Source of the DNA: the human T2T-CHM13v2.0 reference genome, Homo sapiens
Reading direction: 5' to 3' (one strand)
Assembly (NCBI RefSeq): GCF_009914755.1
Contig: NC_060934.1
DNA length: 64,000 nt
The notes beneath the pieces are model-generated. The model saw nothing but the letters and a program-made list of their open reading frames with translations, was not told the origin of the DNA and searched no databases. The translations under genes were made by a program, and so were the position numbers. The number at the start of each line of letters is the position of its first letter. The first letter of the stretch is position 1. Of this stretch, positions 13,786-30,533 are shown piece by piece.

Positions 13786-14095
13786 TGATACTTTTTGTCC
13801 GCCTTGTGCTCATTTTCCCTCTAGTTATAGCCCCTAATTTTCCTTGGTGAACTGCCTCTCCATTATTTTCTTCACACTGTGTTGAGGTAGAGAGGGTTTA
13901 GTCCCATCCAATTATCAGGCATTACAATGTCAGTTAAGAACATCCAGTGAGAATGTCACAGACTCCTGGTCATAGTGATTGATTTAAATTTAGTCATATA
14001 ACCCAAACCAGAACAATCTGGGTCAATGAGACACAATTCTAGATCTTTAATTGCAACTCTTGGGACATAGAACATCTTTTTCTATGGAACTTACA
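13786..14095 (+). mobile_element. Old MaLR LTR fragment (MLT1K/L-like)
   Basis: CCTGGTCATAGTGATTGATTTAAATTTAGTCATATAACCCAAACCAGAACAATC resembles the old MLT1 'GGCCACAGTGATTGGTTC...GTGACCCAAGC' motif; highly diverged. Confidence 0.5.
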
Positions 14096-14145
14096 TAAAG
14101 GTCTTCTGGGAAGCAGAGGTCAAGATGAAATTAGACATATTATGG

Positions 14146-14290
14146 ACACACACACACATATGTGTGTATATATACATACATGTGTATATATACATATATA
14201 CACATTTATATATCTGCATTACACACACATATTTATATGTGTATATAACATATTATATAATATCTATATATACATATATAGATAGAGATA
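14146..14290. repeat. (CA)/(TA)/(TG) compound microsatellite
   Basis: Directly visible alternating dinucleotide runs. Confidence 0.9.
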
Positions 14291-16269
14291 AATAAATATT
14301 TGGAGAACTAAATGGAGAAAGAGCTGGGAAGACTGACAGACAGGACTCTCCGCTTGGTTGCACCAGGCTGTTGTGGAATAGTGCCGTCAGGATACTTAGA
14401 AGGCCCTCTATGTAACTGAAATGTCCAACAGGGGATCAACGTCAACATTTCAAAGATTGTTAACAAGGAGTATATACATACACCCTTGATTTGTTCATTG
14501 ACTCAACCTTTATTTCACCTGAAAAATTTTCTACTTTCTGGGAAGACTAAAGATAAACAGTTTTCCAACCAGGCGAGCCCTATTCCTCGTACAGCTTCAA
14601 ATGTTGCTGGCAAACCAAACTGTTTCTTCTTTAGTTCATTTCCCTCTCTTCCTACTTTTCACAGGCAGGAAAATGAAGCCAACAGGCACTAGAAACATCC
14701 TGCATGGAAATCATTCAAGGCTCACAAGTTTATTACGTAAATGTTGTAGCTGCCAGGTAACCACAGGTGAAACTTTCACTTACATAATTTGGGTTGTCAT
14801 TTTTTCCACCTAGATACTGTCTTTTTCTCACTGCTTTTCTGACTTTATTAAGCCATTTTTCACCATTTTTATAGCCTTGGCTAACATTGTTACAGGATTT
14901 AGTTCAAATCTGGATTTAATCTCTAAACTCGGTGGATCATGCCTCTAGCTTAGCAAAAAGGCTGCAGAGAGGGCAATGTCAATGAAATGAAATTAATTTG
15001 CAACATGCTAATCAAGTGGAGACATCTCAGTATCTTTAAAAGCTATTATTCTGACCCATATTTTTTTCCAAAATCACTGTTTTCCACAAGGATCACACCA
15101 ACAGTAACGAGGCAGAAAAACTATACATGTTAAGAAATTAATGTGCTCCATAATGGGTTATAAACTTACACCTCTTCATTGTTCATGCAATTTCGATAAG
15201 CTTGACAAATTTTAGACCTCTTTAACTTAAAATACGGCAGCTTTTGTTCTTCAAGTTACAGTGGAAATAATTTCCCTATCTATCATTAGAATGGCTCCAT
15301 ACATTAATTAATTTACAAAAAAAATTGTGCAGAAAGTGATTTTTTATCTACTCCAATCATTCATGTAGCCTGCTTCAGAAAAGAAAAACAGCAATTTTCT
15401 GAAGACCCCAAATCTAGACTTAAGACAAGTACCTCCATAAGGCGTCAAAACTTCAGAGGCAAGATTTACAGATAGAGCTGCTATTGTCCCTAAGTCTTCC
15501 TTGGCATGAGTAATGCCATTTGCTTTAGGTGAGACCATGACATCAACATTGCAGTAGGATACACAGCACTGCTCCAGGACACAAAACTCCTTTCTCGTCA
15601 ATACAACACAGGTCCGTGGAGTTGCTCATTTCTCTCTGGTCCTTCCCTCAGTGACACCATCAGCTGTTTGCCAAGCTGATGGGCTACTTTTGAAAATATT
15701 CAGATGAGACACATCAGAGAAAGTTGTATCCACTGTTTCATGATAAGCTCCACCCACAGTCCTGTTTTTGTTTTTTAAGTAAACTGATCATTTATTAAGA
15801 CGGCCCTCTATTTCTCCAAGCAGAACATTTAGATTCAAGTTTAAAGTATATCAGAGAGAGGCAAGCCATGTCTGCAATAATACAGTATTAAATTTGTCAG
15901 TCCACAGGTTGTGTGGGCCTCATGGATCCTCATCATGGATGATTTTCTAACAGCGGTACAGTATAAAAGACAGAGTGTAATATGTAGGAAAAGGCACTGA
16001 GAAACTGGCAGACTGTCAGAGTTCCAAGCTGCGAGGCTCCAAAAATAGAAACACATACTGTACTAGCAGAAAGCGTAAGCAATTAGTCCCCATTCGCAGC
16101 CTAAAATTTTGTGAATGATGAACCTCAACTTTCTAAATAGTGGTGTACTATTGACCCAGAATTGTGAACTTGGGAGAAAAAAATCAAAGAAGTGAAGGTA
16201 ATTATATTGTGGTAAAGAATGCACATTAATATTATCTCCTATCACTATTGTAATAGTGGTGAACAATGC

Positions 16270-16762
16270 ATATTTTCCCCTACATCACTAATTATAGCAA
16301 TTATCTATTGCTCTGTAATAAAACACTTCAGCATTCAGTGGCTGAAAGAATTTACAAGTTCAGAAGTGTGCAGGGGAGCTGGAGGCTATTCTGCTAGTCC
16401 GGGCTGGGCTGTTCCAGGCCTTGCTTCTCATGAATTTATAGTCAGCACCAGATTTGGCTCAGGGCTAACCGAACTAAGATGGCTCAGCTGGCACAGCCGG
16501 TCTTTGCCCCATATGGTATTTAATCCCTTAAAAAATACTATGCACTCGTTCAAGAGATCTTAGTGGTATAAGTTAGAGGAGCAAGAGTGGAATCAAACAA
16601 AGCGTCTTAATGCCTGGGTCTCAAAACTCAGAACAAAATTGCTTTCACCATATTCTATCACCTAAAGGAAATCACAAGCCAGTCCATCTTTAATGATCAG
16701 AGAATTAGATTCCACTTTGGGATGTGAGTAGATGCAGAAAATTGTGGCCATTTATGTAAATC
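16270..16762 (-). mobile_element. MLT1 (G/H-like) MaLR solo LTR
   Basis: TATCTATTGCTCTGTAATAAAACACTTCAGCATTCAGTGGCTGAAAG...CCATATTCTATCACCTAAAGGAAATCACAAGCCAGTCC...TAGATTCCACTTT...TGTGGCCATTT, typical antisense MLT1. Confidence 0.7.
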
Positions 16763-18199
16763 CTAATCTGGCCTCAAATCCTTTTCTGTGATGGAATGAG
16801 AAAGCCTCAAAATCTTTGTGAGTTCAGCCCTCCAAGCAGCCACTCCCAACTTTTAGACAAGACACAAATTTGTCATCCATGGTGCAAGACAATAACTAGT
16901 GTTAGTCTGCTCATTTATGAGTAGAATAATCACAGATATGATTGCTATAACCTAATAAAATGATATATCCTAATAAAATGATATATTCTAATATGGTAAG
17001 TTCTAATCATTTGATAAGTTACTAATGAATGGAAAACTATTTTTATATAAACTATCTAGAGGCTTTTCTTCTCTTTGTTGTTAGAATAACTTCTTTAAAC
17101 TACATATTTATCATATTGTCATGTACTACCATCAGTGCTTGTCTTTCCCTGTATCAAAATGAAAATGTGTGATATGATATTTTAGAAATTATGAAGTACT
17201 TTTTATATGAATTTACTTCTTTGTTTTATGAAATAGGCAAGGCAGAAATTATCATTCTCATTTTAAGATTTAAAAATATAATGATTCAAAAATTTTAATG
17301 ACTTTTGAATTTAACATATTTAGTAAATGGAGAGCCTAAAACAATTCAAATCTAAATACAGCAAAGAGCTTTTGTATACCTTACTGATTGGGGAGTTTTC
17401 TCTGGAGGAATTTTTAAAAATTAGCTACTTAAAGAGGTTGAAAAATAGGAAAATAAATAATACATAAAGTTATTTACAGGTTCTAAATATCCTATGGCTA
17501 AGGTCAGAGAGAGTTTTCTCAGTTTTCTTGAAGTCTTAGTTGTGACCTATTTGGAATCGAAAGCCAACTCGACAAATCCAGAAATTCTGCCCCTAGCATT
17601 AACAATATCTCAAAATTCTAAGAGAAGAAAAACCAGAAAATAACGCTGTAATGTACCATGGGAGAGGAAATTAGTTTCTGGTCCTCCAGGCATTTGTTAC
17701 TGAAACAAGAAGATTTGAATACTCTCTAAGCTGTCTTATGGAGAATGGCTGCAGATATTAGGCACTAGGAAATTACCTGGCCTTTCTAAAGCTGCAGGAA
17801 AAATGTTCCACCTAATCATGTCCTATGGTCATGTATCACTGAAATGAGCCAAACCACTGGTAGTCACAATGCCAGGTCCTGGTCTCAGGAAAAACCCAGA
17901 GTCAAAATTAATGAATTGTATTCTGCTCCTCTAGCCAACAGGTGGGAAGGTGAGCTAATATCAAGCCTCAAAAGCAAGAAGGATTTAGAAGCTATAAACA
18001 GAAAATTTCTAAATTTTAAGTTAAAATAAAAAGCTGAAATACAAATCTCTGATGCAAGTCATCAAATTTTAGAGCAATTTGAAGAAAAGGCCTGAAGTCT
18101 TCCTTGGTCTATGTTTATTAAGTGATGATAGTCTAACCAACAAAACATTTAGTCATTTTCAACTTCAGGCACACCACCACCTTCATTATCTAGTATGTG

Positions 18200-18420
18200 C
18201 AATTACTTGAATAACTCCTCTGTGTAAGGCACTGCACTAGTCATGTTTCATAAGTATCACATTTATCCTTATAAATGTGATAGGAACATTATGCTCAATG
18301 TGAAATAGGCACATTATCCTCAATTTATAGACAAGATAACTGGGATGTTTGCAGCCAGAATTCTAACTGAGGTCTCCAGGAAACCCTGATTTCAAAGCCT
18401 GGTCTCATATTGCCTGTATC
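18200..18420 (-). mobile_element. MIR fragment
   Basis: TGTGTAAGGCACTGCACTAG...ATTATCCTCAATTTATAGACAAGATAACTG. Confidence 0.6.
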
Positions 18421-18571
18421 ACACTATCGTTCCAGGATCTTTCATCAGAAAACAATGATCTGGATAGCCCAGATTATATGAGGAGCGCTAAGCATGAGAC
18501 TGGTCACCACACTTTAAGAAAGAGTCTTCATAGACAAACAAAAATAGCCTACAATAAAAAATCAAATGGAG

Positions 18572-18874
<303 letters not shown>

Positions 18875-18969
18875 CAAATCAAACTGAGAAAGGGCTTTGG
18901 AAAGTCAGTCTCAGGCAGAAAGTCATAATGATAGTAAAATCAAATAAAATGATTGATTTTAAAAGTTGA

Positions 18970-19103
18970 GGCCGGGAGTGGTGGCTCACGCCTGTAATCC
19001 CAGCACTTTGGGAGGCCAAGACAGGTGGATCACGAGGTCAGGAGATCAAGACCATCCTGTCTAAGAGGTGAAACCCTGTCTCTACTAAAAATACAAAAAA
19101 ATT
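18970..19103 (+). mobile_element. AluY left monomer (element split by L1)
   Basis: GGCCGGGAGTGGTGGCTCACGCC...GGATCACGAGGTCAGGAGATCAAGACCATCCTG...TACTAAAAATACAAAAAAATT. Left TSD AAAAGTTGA at 18961-18969. Confidence 0.93.
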
Positions 19104-20107
19104 AAAAAACAGAGCAGAAAAGCTGAAAATTCTAAAAATCAGAGTGCCTCTTGCCCTCCAAAGGAATGCAGCTCCTCACCAGTGACAGAACAAAGCTCGA
19201 CGGAGAATGACTTTGATGAGTTGAGAAAAGGCTTCAGACAATCAAACTTCTCTGAGCTAAAGGAGGAAGTTCAAATCCATCGGAAAGAAGCTATAAACCT
19301 CGAAAAAGATTAGACGAATGGCTAACTAGAATAACAAGTATAGGGAAGTCCTGAAGTGACTTGATGGAGCTGAAAACTATGGCACGAGAACTACGTGATG
19401 CATGCACAAGCTTCAGTAGCCAATTCGATCAACTGGAAGAAAGAGTATCAGTTATTGAAGATCAAATGAATGAAATGAAGCAAGAGGAGAAGTTTAGAGA
19501 AAAAAAGAGTAAAAAGCAACAAAGCCTCCAAGAAATATGGGACTATGTGAAAAGACCAAATCTACATCCAATTGGTGTACCTGAAAGTGACGGGGAGAAT
19601 GGAACCAAGTTGGAAAACACTCTGCAGGATATTACCTAGGAGAACTTCCCCAACCTAGCAAGGCAGGCCAACATTCAAATTCAGAAAATACAGAGAACGC
19701 CACAAAGATACTCCTCGAGAAGAGCAACTCCAAGACACATAATTGTCAGATTCACCAAAGTTGAAATGACGGAAAAAATGTTAAGGGCAGCCAGAGAGAA
19801 AGATTGGGTTACCCACAAAGGGAAGCCCATCAGACTAACAGCTGATCTCTCAGCAGAAACTCTACAAGCCAGAAGAGAGTGGGGGCCAATATTCAACATT
19901 CTTAAAGAAAAGAATATTCAACCCAGAATTTCATATCCAGCCAAATTAAGCTTCATAAGTGAAGGAGAAATAAAATCCTTCACAGACAAGCAAATGCTGA
20001 GAGATTTTGTCACCACCAGGCCAGCCCTACAAGAGCTCCTGAAGGAAGCACTAAACATGGAAAGGAACAGCTGGTACCAGCCACTGCAAAAACATGCCAA
20101 ATTGTAA
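19104..20107 (+). pseudogene. Disabled L1 ORF1p (RNA-binding chaperone)
   Basis: Peptides QSLQEIWDYVKRPNL and ARREWGPIFNILKEKNIQPRISYPAKLSF...QKHAKL. No ATG; in-frame stop at 19637-19639. Confidence 0.93.
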
Positions 20108-20170
20108 AGACCATCGAGACTAGGAAGAAACTGCATCAACTAACGAGCAAAATCACCAGCTAACATCATA

Positions 20171-23990
<3,820 letters not shown>

Positions 23991-24243
23991 ACAATGAGAA
24001 CACTTGGACACAGGAAGGGGAACATCACACACCAGGGGCCTGTGGTGGGGTGGGGGGAGCGGGGAGGGATAGCATTAGGAGATATACCTAATATAAATGA
24101 GGAGTTAATGGGTGCAGCACACCAACATGACACATGTATACATATGTAACAAACTGCAGGTTGTGCACATGTACCCTAGAACTTAAAGTATAATATAAAC
24201 AAATAAATAAATAAATAAAACTATTTTAGGAATAAAAAAAAAA

Positions 24244-24400
<157 letters not shown>

Positions 24401-24577
24401 ATTGAATAAATTTGTCTAAATGAGAACATTTAGAAAGAATATATTTTGCAGTCATTACATGGGCCTAGAGTTGTCCATCAGATGGCCTGTTTGTATTTTA
24501 CCGGGAGGCAGAGGAAACAGCAGTTGGTGACAGCCATAGGGAAGTAAATTTTACCTCGCCTCACTCTAAGCAAAAAA

Positions 24578-24658
24578 TTGTGTGTGTGTATCTGTGTGTA
24601 TATATATATATATATAAATATACACACACATACACACATACATATATATGTATATATG
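24578..24658. repeat. (TG)n(TA)n(CA)n compound microsatellite, quasi-palindromic
   Basis: Directly visible. Confidence 0.9.
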
Positions 24659-24904
24659 GAAAGATAATTTATCTACCTACTATCTATATGCATATGTAAA
24701 ATAAAATAGATCAAAGTAAATGGGGTCTTATCAAACAGAGAAATTCCTATCTTGAGAATCTTCAAACCAAAATAAGACAATTAAGTACCAATACCAAATA
24801 CCAGGAAGAATTTGAGGAAGAGAGTATAATAATACCAAAACCAACAAAAACTCAATCATATAGCCATCCAATTATTTAAATTAAGAGAGTCATTTGCTGG
24901 ACCA

Positions 24905-25058
24905 AGAGTCAGTAAACTTTTCCTAGAAAAAGCCAGATAGTAAATATCTTAGGTATTAGAGGTCTCATATATTCTGAACATATTTTTTTAATTTATTTCA
25001 GTCCCTTGTAAACATAAAAGTGATTCTTAGTTCATAGGCTGTAGTGTGCCAACTCCTG
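24905..25058. mobile_element. MER58-like (hAT-Charlie) fragment
   Basis: AGAGTCAGTAAACTTTTCCTAGAAAAAGCCAGATAGTAAATATCTTAGG...TAGTGTGCCAACTCCTG. Confidence 0.7.
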
Positions 25059-25439
25059 TGACAGTGTGAGCGTTCTTCAGCTGTGCACGTAAGGAAAGCC
25101 TGCTATCATCCCAGACTGAACCATTATCTTGCAATTAAATTGTAGAATCATTAACTTTCTCTTTTGTAGCCAGCTTCACACGTTTCACTTTAGATCACTC
25201 ATAAATGAATTTCTTTTTTAAAGACTCATCAGAGAAGTGGGGCTGTTTCCCTAAGTAAAGCATCACTTCACTATGTGCAAAAAACAACTTTAAGAACACA
25301 GATAATTTAAACATCAAACACAAGCATTTTCCCTATTTTGAATAATACTGGCAATTACTGGTGGTCAATTTTAAAAGTGACTTCATTTCAAAATGTCAGC
25401 ATCGTCTAACCTGGAACCAAATCTAACATGCCTGATACA

Positions 25440-25800
25440 TTCACCTCAATGATTTAAGTGCACCTCAAACCTAATACCTCCACTCCCCAAATGCACATCT
25501 CTTTCAATTTACTGTTTTCTTTTTGTCCCAGTGTTAATCATGTGTCACAGTCTGAGTGATCTCTATAGTTAGAAACCTTGAAGGGGTCCTCAATCCCCAG
25601 CTCCTCCTTTTATTGCCTTCAATAGATCGATCATTAAGTGTAGTCATTTGTACCTCAAAATGTCTCCAAATTCAGGTGTTCCTTGCTAAGTTGCAGTGGC
25701 AATACCCAAGTAGGCCCTGGCCTCTTACACTCCCCTAACAGGCTTCTCTCTGATCCTTCCAATTTCAGTAAATCTGTTCTAATGTGTCTACCTAATATTG
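25440..25800 (+). mobile_element. L2 LINE fragment
   Basis: GCACCTCAAACCTAA...AGAAACCTTGAAGGGGTCCTCAATCCCCAGCTC...TTTGTACCTCAAAATGTCTCCAAATTC. Confidence 0.6.
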
Positions 25801-26166
25801 GCGACATCCCCTCCAGAAATAGCTTCTTCAAAATTAAAACGAGTCTTGAAAGTTCATTGTTAGAAATTGTTTTGGTTTCCCTGTGGCTGAATAATTAATC
25901 CAGACATGGTAAGACATAGTACAAGGCCATGTGCATCTCTCCTGTTTCTACCTCTCCAGGTCCCCTTCCTGGGAGGATTCCTTGAGGCACCAGCAGAGCA
26001 GCTTCCAGAACACAAGTCGTTAAGGAGCACAAAAATGTATTTCAAATGTAAGAAAAGGAGTGCTACATTTGGTTCAAAAGAGTGTTTTGCAAATCATTTT
26101 GGGGTAGGGGGTAAGACTTCTAAAAGGAAAGCAGAATTATAGAATGTGGTGATAAAACTTCTTTCT

Positions 26167-26889
26167 TTTTTAAAAAATTTTACTCTAAGTTCTGGGATAC
26201 ATGTGTTGAATGTGCAGGTTTGTTACATAGGTATACATGTGCCATGGTGGTTTGCTGCACCTATCAACCCATCATCTAAGTTTTAAGCCCCATATGCATT
26301 AGGTATTTGTCCTTTTGCTCTCCCTCCCCTTTCCCCCCACTCCTCAACAGGCCCTGGTGTGTGATGTTCCCCTCCCTGTGTCCATGTGTTCTCATTGTTT
26401 AACTCCCACTAATGAGTGAGAACATGTGGTGTTTGGTTTTTTGTTCCCGTGTTAGTTTGCTGAGGATGATGTTTCCATCTTCATCCATGTCCCTGCAAAG
26501 GACATGAACTCGTTCTTTTTTATGGCTACATAGTATTCCATGTTATATATGTGCCACTTTTTTTTATTCAGTCTATCATTGATGGGCATTTGGGTTGGTC
26601 CCAAGTCTTTGCTATTGTAAATAGTGTTGCAATAAACATACGTGTGCATGTGTCTTTATAGTAGAATGATTTATAATCCTTTGGGTATATACCCAGTAAT
26701 GGGATTGCTGGGTCAAATGGTATTTCTGGTTCTAGATCCTTGAGGAATTGCCACACTGTCTTCCACAATGGTTGAACTAATTTACACTCTCACCAACAGT
26801 GTAAAAGCATTCCTATTTCTCAGCATCCTCGTCTGCATCTGCTGTTTCCAGACTTTTTAATGATTGCCATTCTAACTGGTGTGAGATGG
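26167..26889 (-). mobile_element. L1PA8-like 3' fragment (5'-truncated)
   Basis: Antisense L1 3'UTR with TTTTAAGCCCCATATGCATTAGGTATTTGTCC. 16-bp TSD GATAAAACTTCTTTCT (26151-26166) / GATTAAACATCTTTCT (26890-26905). Confidence 0.93.
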
Positions 26890-27379
26890 GATTAAACATC
26901 TTTCTAAAGATTTTGTTGTGCTGAGACAGGAATGCATATTTAAGGGTGAAACAGACTGCTAAGAATAACAGATCCCAAGAAGTCCCACAACAGTCCTCTT
27001 TGTCAACCATGGTCTTAAAAGATTATCAGTGAATCCCTTTAAATAAAGAAAGAGGCTTCATGTCGGTTGAAAGGAACATCGCAATATTTGACTTCACCAA
27101 CATCCTCTTGTCCTGTCTGGCTCTAGTCGAGCAGTACTGAAAATCTCTCTTGCCGTAAAGGAGCTGGGTCTTTTATACTCCCCTGCCTCTGTAAGGTTGT
27201 TCTTTGTTCCTGGAAGTATTTCAATTCCCACACTCTCCACCTTCAACCCCCCTCCCCATTCCACAGGCACCAATATCAGCATTATCTTTCTCATGCTCTA
27301 AACAGAACTATAAAGAAAAAAAGACTTTCTTGCTGGCTCTTGGCAAGTTTTGCTCCTTCCTCTACAATCAGCACTCAGA

Positions 27380-27568
27380 TTCATACCTTTATAATATCAC
27401 TTACATGTTGATTATAATGTATTTGCTTACACATCTATTTCCTATAGTAATCCCTGAGTTATTGAGGGCAAGTGGAATTTCTTATTTATTTTTGAATGCC
27501 CAGTTTTTACCACTACCTATCACCAGGGATTGGCTCAGTAAATGTTTGTTGATTCAATTGAATGAATT
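27380..27568 (+). mobile_element. L2 3' end
   Basis: CTGAGTTATTGAGGGCAAG...GGCTCAGTAAATGTTTGTTGATTCAATTGAATGAAT terminal repeat. Confidence 0.75.
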
Positions 27569-28337
27569 CGTTCAGAGAGAGCCTGGATTGCATTGCCTCT
27601 CAAATTTTATAAAATGAGTTCCAGTCCCAACTGAGTCACTAGGCAGGTGTTTAACCTCTACTTTTGAGCTTAGTGTTTGGGGAAAAGTAAGAAAAATCTC
27701 TAGTGTTCTGCCTAGTTGAAATGGTTGTTTCAAGAATAAAAATGGGCTAATGTGTGGGAGAATGCTACAAAAATAGGAAAAGACCCTATGTACTAAATTG
27801 CTCTTCTCTGGTGTTTAACATCGTGCTAGCATACTCATTAAATTGTTGTTAAATTGAATGATGTGTTTCTGTCATTGATCAAGGTCTATGCTATGACAGA
27901 AGACATTAATATAAAAGTCTAAGACTCTGGCTTCTGCCAAGGAGAAGGACAATCAGCAACTACCACATTTTGCAACCTTGATTCTTCCAATAAAATTGCT
28001 AAAGTTTGTATCCATTTCCAATAAGTATAATACAAAAAGAGAAGTATATAAGCATAGTATAGTGTAGGAGCATATTCTGAGAAATTCTGTGAAGAGGAAT
28101 AACGTTTAGGGAGTTGAATTTGAAAGGAAAGGTAAAATCGGGCAGTATCAGCAGAGAGAGAAGAAAAGAGAAACATAAGCTGCTGAACGTTGAGATAGTT
28201 TGTTATGCAGAATAGATCCCTAAAACAAACAATGTTTTAGTCTACACATATTAAATAAAGTGAGACAATTAGGCACGTTAAATCTAGTCATCTCAAAATA
28301 ATTTATTATTTTGCACATTGTAAGGCTATCTTACAAC

Positions 28338-28572
28338 CATTCATTCACTCAATCCTTCACATTCTACAGATCTTTCCTTCAACACACAGCTACAAAGCAT
28401 CTGCTATATCAAAGGTGAGTAGAAGATATTAGAGATACAACAGTGGAGTGACACAATTCTTGCCCTTAAAGACTTCAGAGTCTAAAATAGCGTGAAGATG
28501 AGTAAGTGAGCAATGACCATAAAATGTGGAAAATGTTCCAAGGGGTTACATGTGAGATTCTCGGAGGGCATT
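28338..28572 (-). mobile_element. L2 3' end
   Basis: CATTCATTCACTCAA...TTAGAGATACAACAGTG...TTCTTGCCCTTAAAGACTTCAGAGTCTA. Confidence 0.7.
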
Positions 28573-28654
28573 ATGTCGCCCATCAAAAGAGTCTTTCTGC
28601 CAGGGACAGCATCCAATAACATATTTTTTTTTCCTAATTGTATTTGAATAAAAA

Positions 28655-29085
28655 TTGCAAAGATCTAGCCTAGACTCTCAAAATCAAAACTTTTGAAGTC
28701 GGGGCCTTCAGGCTAGGCATGATGGCTCCTGCCTGTGAAACCAAGGCTGTGGATCACCTGAGGTCAAAAGTTTGAGACCAGACTGACCAATATGGTTAAA
28801 CCCCATCTCTACTAAAATATAAAAATTAGCTGGGCATGATGGTGTGTGCCTGTATTCCCAGCTACTTGGGAGGCTGAGACAGTAGGATCCTTTGAATCCA
28901 GGAGGCAGAGGTTGCAGTGAGCCAAGATCACACCACCCCAATCCAGCCTGAGTGACAGAGCAAGACTCTGTCTCAAAAAAAAAAAAAAAAAAAAGGTAAT
29001 AATAATGAAGTTAGGGCCTCCAAATATGCATTTTTAATAGATTCTGGTAATCTTTCTGCTAAGGAAGTTTGAGAAACACTATTCT
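28655..29085. mobile_element. MER5-like hAT fossil interrupted by an Alu
   Basis: AAATCAAAACTTTTGAAGTCGGGGCC | Alu | ...ATATGCATTTTTAATAG...AAGTTTGAGAAACACT. Confidence 0.55.
28711..29005 (+). mobile_element. AluS with ~16-nt deletion in the left monomer
   Basis: GCCTGT joined directly to GAAACCAAGGC. 17-bp TSD TGAAGTCGGGGCCTTCA (28694-28710) / TGAAGTTAGGGCCTCCA (29006-29022). Confidence 0.95.
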
Positions 29086-29309
29086 AGATAACTGGCATTA
29101 ATGCTGAGACCCTCACGACAAGTAGGAGTTAACGAAGCTCTTTTTCATTATATATACAATAACTTAAAATCTGTAAGAGAATGCAAGGTAATGAAGGTAA
29201 TATACAGAGAAAATTATGAATTAAATATAAGTTATTGACCAAATTTTAGAATAATAATTAGCAAAAACCTACTTCCAACCTATCACAATACTAATCACAA
29301 CCCAGAAGG

Positions 29310-29535
29310 TAAATAGTTCAAACCTTGCCATCAAACTGTCTGGTTTCAAATCTGAACTTTGCAACTTACCAGGTATGTAGTTTTGAACAAGTCACATAAC
29401 ATCTCTATGCATCAGCTTTCTCATTTTTAAAATGTGTGTAATAAAACATCAGTACCTACCTCACAGTTAGGATAAAGTAAACAACATAAGTACTGAGACA
29501 CCACCTGGCACGCTGTGTTAGATGTCATTATTAAT
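29310..29535 (+). mobile_element. MIR SINE
   Basis: GGTTTCAAATCTGAACTTTGCAACTTACCAGG...CAGCTTTCTCATTTTTAAAATG...AGTACCTACCTCACAG. Confidence 0.8.
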
Positions 29536-29808
29536 CTCCCTCTGCTTATCTGTTCCCTCTCTGGGCCTAACTTTGGCTCACTGCTCATTCCAGGTCAATT
29601 CTCAACATTTAACATTTCTTTTCCTGCAGTTATTTTTCCTATTGCTTTTTCTAGTGGTACATAATGAACATTGAATAATGTTCTATTGAAGCACATGAGA
29701 GAGACCTGATCTTCACCCAAGAAATGTTTAAATGAGATATTTGTTTTTCTTGAAGTGTTAGTCAGTCTTACTTAGGATAGTCTTTGGCAGTCAGGGAGGG
29801 ACAGGGAA

Positions 29809-30533
29809 TGCTATAAACTGAACATTTAGGTCCCCAAAATTCGTATGTTGAAATCTTAACCCCATTGTAATGGTATTGGGAAGTGGGGCCTTTGGGAGGT
29901 ATATTAGTCTGTTTTCACGCTGCTTTAAAGAGCTGCCTGTGACTGGGTAATTTACGAAGAAAAGAGGTATAATTGACTCACAGTTCCACGTGGCTGGCGA
30001 CGCCTCAGAAGATTTACAATCATGGCAGAAGGCAAAGGGGAAGCAATACATGTCTTACATGGTAGCAAGTGAGAGATGAAGGGGAAAGTGCTGCATTTTT
30101 AAACCATCAGATCTCGTAAGAGCACGATCATGCGACAGCACTAGGAGGATGGTGCTAAACCATTAGAAACCACCTCCATGATCAAATCACCTCCCACTAG
30201 GCCCCACCTTCAACACAATGATATTTGGGTAGGGACACAGAGCCAAACCTTACCAGGAGGTAATTAGGTCATGAGGGTAAAACCCTTTCACATGGGATTA
30301 GTGTTCTTATAAAAGAGGCCCCAGAGAGCTCCCTTACTCCTTCAACCACATAAGAACACAGCAAAGAAAGGACTTTCTATGAATCAGGATGCAGGTCCTT
30401 AGCAGACACTGAATCTGCTGATGTCTCAATCTTGAACTTTCCAGTCTCCAGAACTGTGAGAAATAAATTTCTGTTGTTTATAAGCCACCCAGTCTATGGT
30501 ATTTTGGTATAGTAACCCAAACAGACTAAGACA
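29809..30533 (+). mobile_element. MLT1A/MLT1A0 solo LTR interrupted by MSTA
   Basis: TGCTATAAACTGAA...GTGGGGCCTTTGGGAGG | insert | TAATTAGGTCATGAGGGT...CCAGAACTGTGAGAAATAAATTTCTGTTGTTTATAAGCCACCCAG...GACTAAGACA. Confidence 0.9.
29900..30255 (-). mobile_element. MSTA solo LTR nested in MLT1A
   Basis: TATATTAGTCTGTTTTCACGCTGC...GGATGGTGCTAAACCATTAGAAACCACC...GGGACACAGAGCCAAACCTTACCA. 5-bp TSD GGAGG at 29895-29899 and 30256-30260. Confidence 0.9.

Noticed and set aside
24035-24070. G-rich quadruplex-like tract
   Set aside because: Normal feature of the L1 3'UTR, also seen near 50632-50657.
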